This document shows, piece by piece, positions 23,901 to 37,449 of a stretch of 64,000 bases of DNA (positions within the stretch are counted from its first letter, which is position 1; every line of letters starts with the position of its first letter). The stretch is from positions 134,602,001 to 134,666,000 of the forward strand of contig OZ038378.1 of the NCBI GenBank assembly GCA_964036045.1. Reading direction: 5' to 3'. The DNA comes from Eutreptiella sp. 'Long Island Sound 2002' (Eukaryota; Protista; Euglenida). The notes under the pieces were generated by a model. That model saw only the letters and a list, made by a program, of their open reading frames with translations. It was not told the DNA's origin and searched no databases. A program made the translations under genes and the position numbers.

Positions 23901-26900
23901 AAGGTTTCCGGTGACAAGTACAGGTTGGGGCATCACAAATATGCTTGGTTCAAAAAAACCTAAAACACTGGGCCCTTTTTCTGGGGCGGATAGTCAAGCA
24001 CACTTGGAGGACGTGGATCTTTGAGCCACTGTGACCAATTCGACCAAAAACAGGTTGTGGTGAAAGCCACAGGTTGGGGCATCAATTATATGCTTGGTTC
24101 AAAAAAAAATCTGAAACATGGGGCCTTTTTGCCAGGGGCGGATAGTCGAGCACACTTGGAGGACCTAGATCGCCGAGCCACTGTGACTAATTCGACCAAA
24201 AACAAGTTCTGGTGAAAGCTACAGGTTGGGGCATCACAAATATGCGGGGTTAAAGAAAATCTGAAACATGGGGCCTTTTTTCCAGGGGCGGATAGTCCAG
24301 CACACTTGGAGGACCTAGAATTCCGAGCCACTGTGACTAATTCGACCAAAAACAGGTTCTGGTGAAAGCTACAGGTTGGGGCATTCCAAATGTACTTGGC
24401 TCAAAAAATCTGAAAAATGGGGCCTTTTTTCTGGGGCGCATAGTCGAGCACACTTGGAGGACCTAAATCTCTGAGCCACTGGACCGATGTGACCAAAAAC
24501 AGGTTCTAGTGAAAGCTACAAGTTGGGGCATTCCAAATATGCTTGGTTCAAAAAAATCTGGAACAGTGGACAGTTTTTCCAGGGGCGGATAGTCAAGCAC
24601 ACTTGGAGGACTTGGATCTTTGAGCCAATGTGACCCATTCGACCAAAAACAGGTTGTGGTGAAAGCCACAGGTTGGGGCATCAATTATATGCTTGGCTCA
24701 AAAAATTCTGAAACATGGCGCCCTTTTTCTGGGGCGGATAGTCGAGCACACTTGGAGGACCTACATCTCTGAGCCACTATGACCAATTCGACCAAAAACA
24801 AGTTCTGGTGAAAGCTACAGGTTGGCGCATTCCAAATGTGCTGGGTTCAAAAAATAATCTGAAACATGTGGCCTCTTTTCTGGGGCGGATAGTCGAGCAC
24901 ACTTGGAGGACATGAATCTCCGAGCCACTGTGACCAATTTGACCAAAAACAGGTTCTGGTGCAAGCTACGGGTCGGGGCATTCCAAATGTGCTTGGCTCA
25001 AAAAAGTCTGAAACATGGCGCCCTTTTTTCAGAAGGGATAGCCGAGCACACTTGGAGGACCTGGATCTCTGAGCCACTGTGACCAATTCCACCTAAACTA
25101 GGTTGTGGTCAAAGCTACAGGTTGGGGAATTCCAAATGTGCTTGGTTCAAAAAAATGTGAAACATGGGGCCTTTTTTCTGGGGCGGATAGTCGAGCACAC
25201 TTGGAGGACGTGGATGTCTGAGCCACTGTGACCAATTCGACCAAAAACAGGTTCTGGTGAAAGCCACAGGTTGGGGCATCAATTATATCCCCGGCTCAAA
25301 AAATTCTGAAACATGGCGCCCTTTTTCTGGGGCGGATAGTCGAGCACACTTGGAGGACCTACATCTCTGAGCCACTATGACCAATTCGACCAAAAATAGG
25401 TTCTGGTGAAAGCTACAGGTTGGCGCTTTCCAAATATGCTTGGTTCAAAAAAATCTGAAACAGTGGGCCCTTTTTTTTGTGGTGCGGATAGTCGAGCACA
25501 CTTGGAGGACCTGGGTCTCTGAGCCACTGTGACCAATTCGACCAAAAACACGTTGTGGTGAAAGCTACACGTTGGGGCATTCCTAATATGCTTGATTAAA
25601 AAAAAATGAAACATGGGGGCTTTTCTCTGGGGCGGATAGTCGAGCATACTTGGAGGACCTGGATCTCTGAGCCACTGTGACCAATTCGACCAGAAACAGG
25701 TTCTGGTGAAAGCTACAGGCTGGGGCACTCCTAATATGCTTGATTAAAGAAAAAATGAGACATGGGGGCTTTTTTCTGGGGCGGATAGTCGAGCACATTT
25801 GGAGGACCTAGAACTCTGAGCCACTGTGACTAATTCGACCAAAAACAAGTTCTGGTGAAAGCTACAGGTTGGGGCATCACAAATATGCGGGGTTAGAGAA
25901 AATCTGAAACATCGGGCCTTTTTTCCAGGGGCGGATAGTCCAGCACACTTGGAGGACCTGGAATTCTGAGCCACTATGACCAATTCGACCAAAAACAGGT
26001 TTTGGTCAAAGCTACAGGTTGGGGCATTCCAAATGTACTTGGCTCAAAAAGTTCTTAAACACTCGGCCCTTTTTCTTGGGCGAATAGTCGAGCACACTTG
26101 GAGGACCTGGATCTCTGAGCCACTGGACCAATGTCACCAAAAGCAGGTTCTAGTGAAAGCTACAAGTTGGGGAATTCCAAATATGCTTGGTTCAAAAAAA
26201 TCTGGAACAGTGGACAGTTTTTCCAGGGGCGGATAGTCGAGCACACTTGGAGGACCTGGATCTCTGAGCCACTGTGACCAATTCGGCCAAAAACAGGTTC
26301 TCGTGAAAGCCACAGGTTGGGGCATCAATTATATGCTTGGCTCAAAAAATTTTGAAACATGGCGCCCTTTTTCTGGGGTGGATAGTCGAGCACACTTGGA
26401 GGACCTACATCTCTGAGCCACTATGACCAATTCGACCAAAAACAAGTTCTAGTGAAAGCTACAGGTTGGCGCTTTCCAAATATGCTTGGTTCCAAAAAAT
26501 CTGAAACAGTGGGCCCTTTTTTTTGTGGTGCGGATAGTGGAGCACACTTGGAGGACCTGGATCTCTGAGCCACTGTGACCAATTCGACCAAAAACAGGTT
26601 TTGGTGAAAGCTACAGGTTGGGGCATTCCTAATATGCTTGATTAAAAAAAATGAAACATGGGGGCTTTTTTTCCAGGGGCGGATAGTCGAGCACACTTGG
26701 AGGACCCGGATCTCTGAGCCACTGTGACCAGTTTGACCAAAAACAGGTTCTGGTGAAAGCTACAGGTTGGGGCATTCCTAATATGCTTCATTAAAAAAAA
26801 ATGAGACATGGGGGCTTTTTCCAGGGGCGGATAGTCGAGCACATTTGGAGGACCTAAATATTTGAGCCACTATGACTAATTCGACCAAAAACAAGTTCTG

Positions 26901-29900
26901 GTGAAAGCTACAGGTTGGGGCATCACAAATATGCGGGGTTAAAGAAAATCTGAAACATGGGGCCTTTTTTCCAGGGGCGGATAGTCCAGCACACTTGGAG
27001 GACCTGTAATTCTGAGCCACTGTGACCAATTTGACCAAAAACAGGTTCTGGTGAAAGCTGCAAGTTGGGGCATTCCAAATATGCTTGGTTCGAAAAAATC
27101 TGCAACAGTGGACAGTTTTTCCAGGCGCGGATAGTCGAGCACACTTGGAGGACCTGGATCTCTGAGCCACTGTGACCAATTCGGCCAAAAAACAGGTTCT
27201 GGTGAAAGCTAGTGGTTGGCGCATTCCAAATGCGCTTGGTTCAAAAAAATCTGAAAAATGGGGCCTTTTTTCTAGGGGCGGATAGTCGAGCACACTTGGA
27301 GGACCTGGATCTCTGAGCCATTGTGACCAATTTTGCAAAAAAAGGTTTCCGGTGACAGGTACAGGTTGGGGCATCACAAATATGCTCGGTTCAAAAAAAC
27401 CTAAAACACTGGGCCCTTTTTCTGGGGCGGATAGTCAAGCACACTTGGAGGACTTGGATCTTTGAGCCACTGTGACCAATTCGACCAAAAACAGGTTGTG
27501 GTGAAAGCCACAGGTTGGGGCATCAATTATATGCTTGGTTCAAAAAAAAAATCTGAAACATGGGGCCTTTTTGCCAGGGGCGGATAGTCGAGCACACTTG
27601 GAGGACCTAGATCGCTGAGCCACTGTGACTAATTCGACCAAAAACAAGTTCTGGTGAAAGCTACGGGTTGGGGCATCACAAATATGCGGGGTTAAAGAAA
27701 ATCTGAAACATGGGGCCTTTTTTCCAGGGGCGGATAGTCCAGCACACTTGGAGGACCTAGAATTTTGAGCCACTGTGACCAATTCGACCAAAAACAGGTT
27801 CTGGTGAAAGCTACAGGTTGGGGCATTCCAAATGTACTTGGCTCAAAAAATCTGAAACATGGGGCCTTTTTTCTGGGGCGCATAGTCTAGCACACTTGGA
27901 GGACCTAGATCTCTGAGCCACTGGACCGATGTGACCAAAAACAGGTTCTAGTGAAAGCTACAAGTTGGGGCATTCCAAATATGCTTGGTTCAAAAAAATC
28001 TGGAACAGTGGACAGTTTTTCCAGGCGCGGATAGTCGAGCACACTTGGAGGACCTGGATCTCTGAGCCACTGTGACCAATTCGGCCAAAAAACAGGTTCT
28101 GGTGAAAGCTAGTGGTTGGCGCATTCCAAATGTGCTTGGTTCAAAAAAATCTGAAAAATGGGGCCTTTGTTCTAGGGGCAGATAGTCGAGCACACTTGGA
28201 GGACCTGAATCTCTGAGCCATTGTGACCAATTTTGCAAAAAAAGGTTTCCGGTGACAGGTACAGGTTGGGGCATCACAAATATGCTTGGTTCAAAAAAAA
28301 CCTAAAACACTGGGCCCTTTTTCTGGGGCGGATAGTCAAGCACACTTGGAGGACTTGGATCTTTGAGCCAATGTGACCCATTCGACCAAAAACAGGTTGT
28401 GGTGAAAGCCACAGGTTGGAGCATCAATTATATGCTTGGTTAAAAAAAAATCTGAAACATGGGGCCTTTTTTTCCAGGGGCGGATAGTCGAGCACACTTG
28501 GAGGACCTGGATCTCTGAGCCACTGTGACCAATTCGACCAAAAACAAGTTCTGGTGAAAGCTACAGGTTGGCGCATTCCAAATGTGCTGGGTTCAAAAAA
28601 TAATCTGAAACATGTGGCCTCTTTTCTGGGGCGGATAGTCGAGCACACTTGGAGGACATGAATCTCCGAGCCACTGTGACCAATTTGACCAAAAACAGGT
28701 TCTGGTGCAAGCTACGGGTCGGGGCATTCCAAATGTGCTTGGCTCAAAAAAGTCTGAAACATGGCGCCCTTTTTTCGGGGCGGATAGTCGAGCACACTTG
28801 GAGGACCTGGATCTCTGAGCCACTGTGACCAATTCCACCTAAACTAGGTGTTGGTGAAAGCTACAGGTTGGGGCATTCCAAATGTGCTTGGTTCAAAAAA
28901 TTGTGAAACATGGGGCCTTTTTTCTGGGGCGGATAGTCGAGCACACTTGGAGGACCTGGATGTCTGAGCCACTGTGACCAATTCGACCAAAAACAGGTTT
29001 TGGTGAAAGCCACAGGTTGGGGCATCAATTATATCCTTGGCTCAAAAAATTCTGAAACATGGCGCCCTTTTTCTGGGGCGGACAGTCGAGCACACTTGGA
29101 GGACCTACATCTCTGAGCCACTATGACCAATTCGACCAAAAATAGGTTCTGGTGAAAGCTACATGTTGGCGCTTTACAAATATGCTTGGTTCAAAAAAAT
29201 CTGAAACAGTGGGCCCTTTTTTTTGTGGTGCGGATAGTCGAGCACACTTGGAGGACCTGGGTCTCTGAGCCACTGTGACCAATTCGACCAAAAACAGGTT
29301 GTGGTGAAAGCTACAGGTTGGGGCATTCCTAATATGCTTGATTAAAAAAAAATGAAACATGGGGGCTTTTCTCTGGGGCGGATAGTCGAGCACACTTGGA
29401 GGACCTGGATCTCTGAGCCACTGTGACCAGTTCGACCAAAAACAGGTTCTGGTGAAAGCTACAGGTTGGGACACTCCTAATATGCTTGATTAAAGAAAAA
29501 ATGAGACATGGGGGCTTTTTTTTGGGGCGGATAGTCGAGCACATTTGGAGGACCTAGAACTCTGAGCCACTGTGACTAATTCGACCAAAAACAAGTTCTG
29601 GTGAAAGCTACAGGTTGGGGCATCACAAATATGCTGGGTTAAAGAAAATCTGAAACATCTGGCCTTTTTTCCAGGGGCGGATAGTCCAGCACACTTGGAG
29701 GACCTGGAATTCTGAGCCACTATGACCAATTCGACCAAAAACAGGTTTTGGTCAAAGCTACAGGTTGGGGCATTCCAAATGTACTTGGCGCAAAAAGTTC
29801 TAAAACACTCGGCCCTTTTTCTTGGGCGGATAGTCGAGCACACTTGGAGGACCTGGATCTCTGAGCCACCGGACCAATGTGACCAAAAACAGGTTCTAGT

Positions 29901-32900
29901 GAAAGCTACAAGTTGGGGCATTCCAAATATGCTGAGTTCAAAAAAATCTGGAACGGTGGACAGTTTTTCCAGGGGCGGATAGTCGAGCACACTTGGAGGA
30001 CCTGGATCTCTGAGCCACTGTGACCAATTCGGCCAAAAACAGGTTTTGGTGAAAGCTACAGGTTGGGGCATTCCAAATGTGCTTGGTTCAAAAAATTGTG
30101 AAACATGGGGCCTTTTTTCTAGGGCGGATAGTCCAGCACACTTGGAGGACCTGGATGTCTGAGCCACTGTGACCAAGTCGACCAAAAACAGGTTCTGTGA
30201 AAGCCACAGGTTGGGGCATCAATTATATGCCTGGCTCAAAAAATTCTGAAACATGGCGCCCTTTTTCTGGGGTGGATAGTCGAGCACACTTGGAGGACCT
30301 ACATCTCTGAGCCACTATGACCAATTCGACCAAAAACAAGTTGTGGTGAAAGCTACAGGTTGGCGCTTTTCAAATATGCTTGGTTCAAAAAAATCTGAAA
30401 CAGTGGGCCCTTTTTTTTGTGGTGCGGATAGTCGAGCACACTTGGAGGACCTGGATCTCTGAGCCACTGTGACCAGTTCGACCAAAAACAGGTTCTGGTG
30501 AAAGCTACAGGTTGGGACACTCCTAATATGCTTGATTAAAGAAAAAATGAGACATGGGGGCTTTTTTTTGGGGCGGATAGTCGAGCACATTTGGAGGACC
30601 TAGAACTCTGAGCCACTGTGACTAATTCGACCAAAAACAAGTTCTGGTGAAAGCTACAGGTTGGGGCATCACAAATATGCTGGGTTAAAGAAAATCTGAA
30701 ACATCTGGCCTTTTTTCCAGGGGCGGATAGTCCAGCACACTTGGAGGACCTGGAATTCTGAGCCACTATGACCAATTCGACCAAAAACAGGTTTTGGTCA
30801 AAGCTACAGGTTGGGGCATTCCAAATGTACTTGGCGCAAAAAGTTCTAAAACACTCGGCCCTTTTTCTTGGGCGGATAGTCGAGCACACTTGGAGGACCT
30901 AGATCTCTGAGCCACCGGACCAATGTGACCAAAAACAGGTTCTAGTGAAAGCTACAAGTTGGGGCATTCCAAATATGCTGAGTTCAAAAAAATCTGGAAC
31001 GGTGGACAGTTTTTCCAGGGGCGGATAGTCGAGCACACTTGGAGGACCTGGATCTCTGAGCCACTGTGACCAATTCGGCCAAAAACAGGTTTTGGTGAAA
31101 GCTACAGGTTGGGGCATTCCAAATGTGCTTGGTTCAAAAAATTGTGAAACATGGGGCCTTTTTTCTAGGGCGGATAGTCCAGCACACTTGGAGGACCTGG
31201 ATGTCTGAGCCACTGTGACCAATTCGACCAAAAACAGGTTCTGTGAAAGCCACAGGTTGGGGCATCAATTATATGCCTGGCTCAAAAAATTCTGAAACAT
31301 GGCGCCCTTTTTCTGGGGTGGATAGTCGAGCACACTTGGAGGACCTACATCTCTGAGCCACTATGACCAATTCGACCAAAAACAAGTTGTGGTGAAAGCT
31401 ACAGGTTGGCGCTTTTCAAATATGCTTGGTTCAAAAAAATCTGAAACAGTGGGCCCTTTTTTTTGTGGTGCGGATAGTCGAGCACACTTGGAGGACCTGG
31501 ATCTCTGAGCCACTGCGACCAATTCGACCAAAAACACGTTCTGGTGAAAGCTACAGGTTGGGGCATTCCTAATATGCTTGATTAAAAAAAAATGAAACAT
31601 GGGGCCTTTTTTTCCAGGGGCGGATAGTCGAGCACACTTGGAGGACCCGGATCTCTGAGCCACTGTGACCAGTTCGACCAAAAACAGGTTCTGGTGAAAG
31701 CTACAGGTTGGGGCATTCCTAATATGCTTCATTAAAAAAAAATGAGACATGGGGGCTTTTTCCAGGGGCGGATAGTCGAGCACATTTGGAGGACCTAAAT
31801 ATTTGAGCCACGATGACTAATTCGACCAAAAACAAGTTCTGGTGAAAGCTACAGGTTGGGGCATCACAAATATGCGGGGTTAAAGAAAATCTGAAACATG
31901 GGGCCTTTTTTCCAGGGGCGGATAGTCCAGCACACTTGGAGGACCTGTAATTCTGAGCCACTATGACCAACTCGACCAAAAACAGGTTCTGGTGAAAGCT
32001 ACAGGTTGGCGCATTCCAAATGTGCTTGGCTCAAAAAGTTCTGAAACACTGGGCCCTTTTTCTTGGGCGCATAGTCGAGCACACTTGGAGGACCTGGATC
32101 TCTGAGCCACTGGACCAATGTGACCAAAAACAGGTTCTAGTGAAAGCTGCAAGTTGGGGCATTCCAAATATGCTTGGTTCGAAAAAATCTGCAACAGTGG
32201 ACAGTTTTTCCAGGCGCGGATGGTCGAGCACACTTGGAGGACCTGGATCTCTGAGCCACTGTGACCAATTCGGCCAAAAAACAGGTTCTGGTGAAAGCTA
32301 GTGGTTGGCGCATTCCAAATGCGCTTGGTTCAAAAAATCTGAAAAATGGGGCCTTTTTTCTAGGGGCGGATAGCCGAGCACACTTGGAGGACCTGGATCT
32401 CTGAGCCATTGTGACCAATTTTGCAAAAAAAGGTTTCCGGTGACAGGTACAGGTTGGGGCATCACAAATATGCTTGGTTCAAAAAAACCTAAAACACTGG
32501 GCCCTTTTTCTGGGGCGGATAGTCAAGCACACTTGGAGGACTTGGATCTTTGAGCCACTGTGACGAATTCGACCAAAAACAGGTTGTGGTGAAAGCCACA
32601 GGTTGGGGCATCAATTATATGCTTGGTTCAAAAAAAAATCTGAAACGTGGGGCCTTTTTTTTCCAGGGGCAGATAGTCGAGCACACTTGGAGGACCGGGA
32701 TCGCCGAGCCACTGTGACCAAGTCGACCAAAAACAGGTTCTGGTGAAAGCTACAGGTTGGCGCATTCCAAATGTGCTTGGTTCAAAAAATCTGAAACATG
32801 GGGCCTTTTTTCTAGGGGCCGATAGTCCAGCACACTTGAAGGACCTGGATCTCTGAGCCACTGTGACCAATTTGACCAAAAACGGGTTCTAGTGAAAGCT

Positions 32901-33330
32901 ACAGGCTGGGGCATTGCAAATATGCTTGGTTAAAAAATTTTTCAATCATGGGGCCTTTGTTCTGGGGTGGATAGTCGAGCACACTTGGAGGACCTGGATC
33001 TCTGAGCCACTGTGACCCATTTGACCAAAAACAGGTTCTGGTGAAAGCTACAGGTTGGCGCATTCCAAATGTGCTTGGTTCAAAAGATCCGAAATATGGG
33101 GCCTTTTTTCTAGGGGCGGATAGTCGAGCACACTTGGATGACCTGGATCTCTCAACCATTGTGGCTGATTCGACCACAAACAGGTTGTGGTGAAAGCTAC
33201 AGGTTGGGGCATTCCAAATATGCTTGGTTCAAAAAAAATGTGAAACATGGGGCCTTTTTTCTGAGGCGGATAGTCGAGCACACTTGGAGGACCTGAATCT
33301 CCGAGCCACTGTGACCAGGTTGGGGTATGC
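17996..33330. repeat. Tandem satellite, ~149-151-bp monomer, ~102 copies, with higher-order structure
   Basis: Consensus GGCGGATAGTCGAGCACACTTGGAGGACCTGGATCTCTGAGCCACTGTGACCAATTCGACCAAAAACAGGTTCTGGTGAAAGCTACAGGTTGGGGCATTCCAAATATGCTTGGTTCAAAAAAATCTGAAACATGGGGCCTTTTTTCTGG. Length variation is mostly in the A and T runs. Confidence 0.98.
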
Positions 33331-33332
33331 CA

Positions 33333-34548
33333 TGTATGCCATTCATGCTCCGTAGCACAGTCTTGCAAAATCACAATGTTCGACCACGAGTTCATCGTGG
33401 ACAATTTTGCTGTATGGGTCAATGCGGACCTTCGTCCCGTCACCTGATATTGGTGAGGGGCGGCCGCCTTGCGTTCCAAAGTCCGGCATGTGCACCCGCA
33501 ACCACGCCGCCGCCGCCTTGTCCCACACCCCCATATTGTAAATCGACCCCACTTGGGGTGATGTGGAGACCCCAATGAGGCGGCGAATAAACTGCTGGTC
33601 ACCCCCAAGGACCAGCGCAGCGGGCACCCAACCGGATGTCCAACACAAACTTTTGCAGTCGTGAATCGACTACAACACCTACAAAAGAGTGTGTGCATTG
33701 ATATCCGGGCTTCACTTTTCGTTTAAATTTTAGTTCGGCTTAAATTTTGAGCAATTTTTTGCTTTCAAAGAAGGAGCTTGAAATCAAGCGAGCCCGAAGA
33801 AAAAGCGACACAAAAGCGCCAAGTACCTGGCGGTTCTCGGCCCAAATAGTGGCCAAAGCGGCCATGTCTTTGTCGCCGCACACGGCCATCTCGATGACCC
33901 ACAAGTAGGTGGGTGTGCGGCCCCGTTTGCCGTGGTTGAGGAGCCCAACAGACAATTGGGTCCCATTCCCACCGGCACACGGGTAGGCATCCCCGCGCAC
34001 AATAAACGTGAGGGGCCGGTGCCAATCAATGGTGTCCACTAGTGGTGGACGCGATTGAATGTAGTGGGCCCATGAGTGCACAGGCCAACTGCGGCCACTA
34101 GCGGGTGGGTCGTCCTCGTTCACAGGGGGCCGCAACGGTAGCGGCTTAGCCATATCCTTCCACGTGTTCAAGAAGGCTTGGCGCGTTGGAATGGGTCGCA
34201 GGAAAGTGTGGCCCATAGCGGCCGTATAGTCAATTCCTCGCCAGGTCATGAACTCGGAGACGTGGCGGAACCCGTCTTTGTGACATTGAGGTCCATGAAG
34301 AGCCCAATAAAATCGGGCCCGGCAAAAGAGAAGGAGGCGTATTGTTTGACTGCCTCCACGTTCTGAGTACCAATAAGGGAGGGGTAGCCAAGGTCGTTGG
34401 CCTCGGACCATCGGGCCCGGGCCAAGGGAGATGAAGCCACCCACCCACCAAGGAGTTGGCAGACCAAGGAGTCCCGCAAACTCTTGGCTCCACTCAAAGG
34501 CACAAGCGTCATGCTAAGCTCGAGAATAGTGTCTCGAGGGAAAGGCAT
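33333..34548 (-). pseudogene. Group 1-like transposase, 5' half, truncated at the satellite
   Basis: LSGAKSLRD, PLTFIVRGDAYPCAGGN and LVLGGDQQFIRRLIGVSTSPQVG align with 5071-6242. Same-position intron at 33679-33826. In-frame TAG at 33670-33672 and a frameshift near 34270. Confidence 0.82.
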
Positions 34549-35204
34549 AACAAGTGCTACACAAGAGACAAGGGGCTATGGAGTGGGGTTGGCGGTGGGC
34601 GCAAAGAAGGGGACTAAGGGTTGGACACCCAACCCTTAGGCAATCCAACATCTCTACAAACCCATTGGGCAAGATTCTACCACATGAAACCCCCTCAAGA
34701 CCCTAGCATACGCATGCAATTAAGGGCGCAAATAGTTTAAAATCCAGGAAATACTAGGTATTCTCGCTTCACAAGATAAAATTCACCGGTTTAACATTTA
34801 ACACCTTTCAAAAATGAAAATTGAAAATTTAACATAATGGATTTAACGCGGGTCTCTAGCATCGAGCCGGCAAGCAAAAGATCCATGGAGGGCAGACCAA
34901 AATGACAATGAGGACGCTGCGCACATATTGAACGAGGTCTTCACGGCTCAATACCATTCGCACCACAATATGCCGAGAGTAATATACAGCCTACTGAGCC
35001 GGGCTGTTGCCTCCACAACCCTAAATGCAAGCGCGTACTAATGTTTTTCCACGGAAACAAAGGTAAGACATACCCCAATAGCAATGTCATTAAAGCGTTG
35101 ACATTCGGCTTCACACATTGAGCCGTTGTTGTGATATCATCCCCCCACTGCGCAGCAATATCCACATAGACGTTTGCCTGAGCTTGCAAACCACATGGAT
35201 CAGC

Positions 35205-35396
35205 CAATATATATGCGACCCCTTGTTGCATATATAGTAGTACTAGAATTGCCTATACTTGAAGACTAGCAGGAGCATTGCTGCAACAAGTGCACCCTAC
35301 CAATATATATGCCACCCCTTGTTGCATATATAGTAGTACTAGAATTGCCTATACTTGAACACCAGCAGGAGCATTGATGCAACAAGTGCACCCTAC
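35205..35396. repeat. 96-bp tandem duplication (2 copies)
   Basis: 35205-35300 and 35301-35396 are nearly identical (CAATATATATGC...TGCACCCTAC). Confidence 0.92.
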
Positions 35397-36562
35397 CGTG
35401 GGCAGGTGACAGACGATGAGGCATAGGCGGTACCGCTATTGTTGTGCAGTTCAGACACTTGCATGTTTACATGTTTCTTTCACGTGTTGTAGAAATGAAC
35501 AACCATCTGTCAAAATTATCAAACCAAGCCATGCATCGTCGTGCCACCTTTTCCGAGTGTAATGGCAACGCTTCGAATGTGCTTGTAAGGGTAGGGCACG
35601 AGGATTGTTCTTCCATACAGCTTGGCAGGGCTTTCCCAATACATGCTAGGAATCATCATGCCAAAATCATTGGTGTTTTGGAAACACGTGGCCAGCAAGG
35701 TTGATGCATGTAGCATGTGAAATTGAAGCACTCATCCAGAAACACACTAGTGGCACCAGCCTCCCCTTTGGACAAAAATCACCATGGGTCCTCCGCGTCC
35801 GGTTGCTTGCTCGCAGCCATCCCCATGTGCGTATGTTTTGTGGGAGAACAAATGCTTTTTGGTCTAGGTTCCACTTGGGAGGAACTTTCTGGAAGGGAAG
35901 TGATGCATGTTGCGACCACAAATACAATTAGACTAAGGAAGGCAGCAAAACGTTCTTCACATGTAGCAGCAGAGTGGCATCCACATGTGAGTGATGATAT
36001 CTACTCCTTGCCATGGCAAAGGGTTCTCACCAAATAAGAACTGATGGATATACTCCTTCAAGGACACAACAGCAAAACTTCCGTTAAACTATGTCTACGG
36101 TACGCTACGGAGTGGAATTCATCAAGTGCATGTTGCCACATCTGTTGTAAGCAATATGCCTGCAATCAAATGGATCGGCATGTGTGTTGCTTCCGAAAAT
36201 ACAAGTACATTGTACATGCACACCAAGCATCTTGATGGATTAAGTGGTGTGAGTCACATGACAGGCAAAAGAGAACCATGTAGACACTGAAACCCTTGGT
36301 TTGGGATGGGAGCCAAACAGATGTCCCCGTAGTGAGCCCGCCCCCCCCCCTCAAAATTTTTGACCCCGCTAAGTGAGTGCAAAAGGGGTAAAATGGTGCA
36401 CAAGTGGAAGTTAGAGGGGTTGCCTTGCCTTTGAGTTGGGCATGTACAGCCAAACGCCCTCTCCGGGCCTACTATAAACCCTCCTCCACACCACCCTTTA
36501 CCGTAGCGTACCTTTTATTATCCCTTCTTTCAGGGACAAATTGCTCTAGTGCAATTTGATGC

Positions 36563-37027
36563 TTACGCGTTCCCCAATAGGTGGTCAGCACACGTGGTCC
36601 CTCCTCCAGTAACGGGAGGTACAAGTTGGAGTGGTTGGCAATGACCCCTCCTTTCCATCTCCAAAGCCTCGCACGTGCAAATGGGCCGTGGGTACGGTCG
36701 CCCGGTCATCAAAGAATATTGAAGACCCCGCAGAGTGAAGAAATCCGACAATATGCGGAAGCCGGACTTGGGGGCCTTGAAGCCCACAACAAGATCCAAG
36801 GCCCCCATAGGAGTGATCAACCTCAGGGCGTGCGTCCAAAATGTGGCATCCTCCGCGCCGCACACAAGCGTGTGGCCACCCTTGATGGTGGCCTCCCCCC
36901 GTCTCGCCTTGCAGTTTGGTGAGAAGACCAACAAGTGTCCCGAAGGGGGATCTAGAAAATTGGAAGGCCCCTTGAGTTGCATGAACGTTGTCCATAGCTC
37001 CGAATGCACATCCGCCCATATAGCCAA
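36563..37027 (-). pseudogene. N-terminal fragment of a group 1-like transposase
   Basis: LITPMGALDLVVGFKAPKSGFRILSDFFTLRGLQY...PYPRPICT aligns with LLPPTAMCELVLNMRAPKSSWRTLSELYTLRKLEY...PYSQPICT (5781-6242). Confidence 0.7.
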
Positions 37028-37449
37028 ACTATGGTGGTGCTGAGTTCGCCGTCAACAAAGGGGAAGCAAAAAAGCGTGAGACTAGGTCAACAAAGACATG
37101 AAGGGCGCACCAATACGACGTGCGCCTCCTTCAAGGCCTCAGCACCATCAATGGGGCACTCCAAAGCATGCCATAGGCCGCACACAACAAGCGGCATGGC
37201 ACAAAAAGGAGCAGTAACATGCGTTCAAAAATGTTGAATTTAAAAAACCAAGTCACTCAAAAAAGAAACTTTCAAAATTGAAAACTTAGTCTTTGAACGG
37301 CAGCTTGTTTGAGGCAGGTATGCAGGGTGGTTGGTTGGGTTGGCTGCGCTACTTTTTGGTCGTTGGTTTGGTTGGCGGCCGGCGGGTGGGTAGCTATGTT
37401 GGGTGTTGTTGGTTGGTTGGTTGGGCGGCTGCAATATCTATATTGTTGC

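Noticed and set aside
17611-33177. Repetitive ORFs (PQPVAFTRTCFWSNWSQ..., APTCSFHQNLFLVELVT...) as a repeat protein
   Set aside because: Homopolymer length changes shift the frame every 1-4 monomers, so these are shadows of the satellite.
17996-33330. CRISPR array
   Set aside because: There are no unique spacers: the whole ~150-bp unit is repeated. No cas genes, and the context is eukaryotic.
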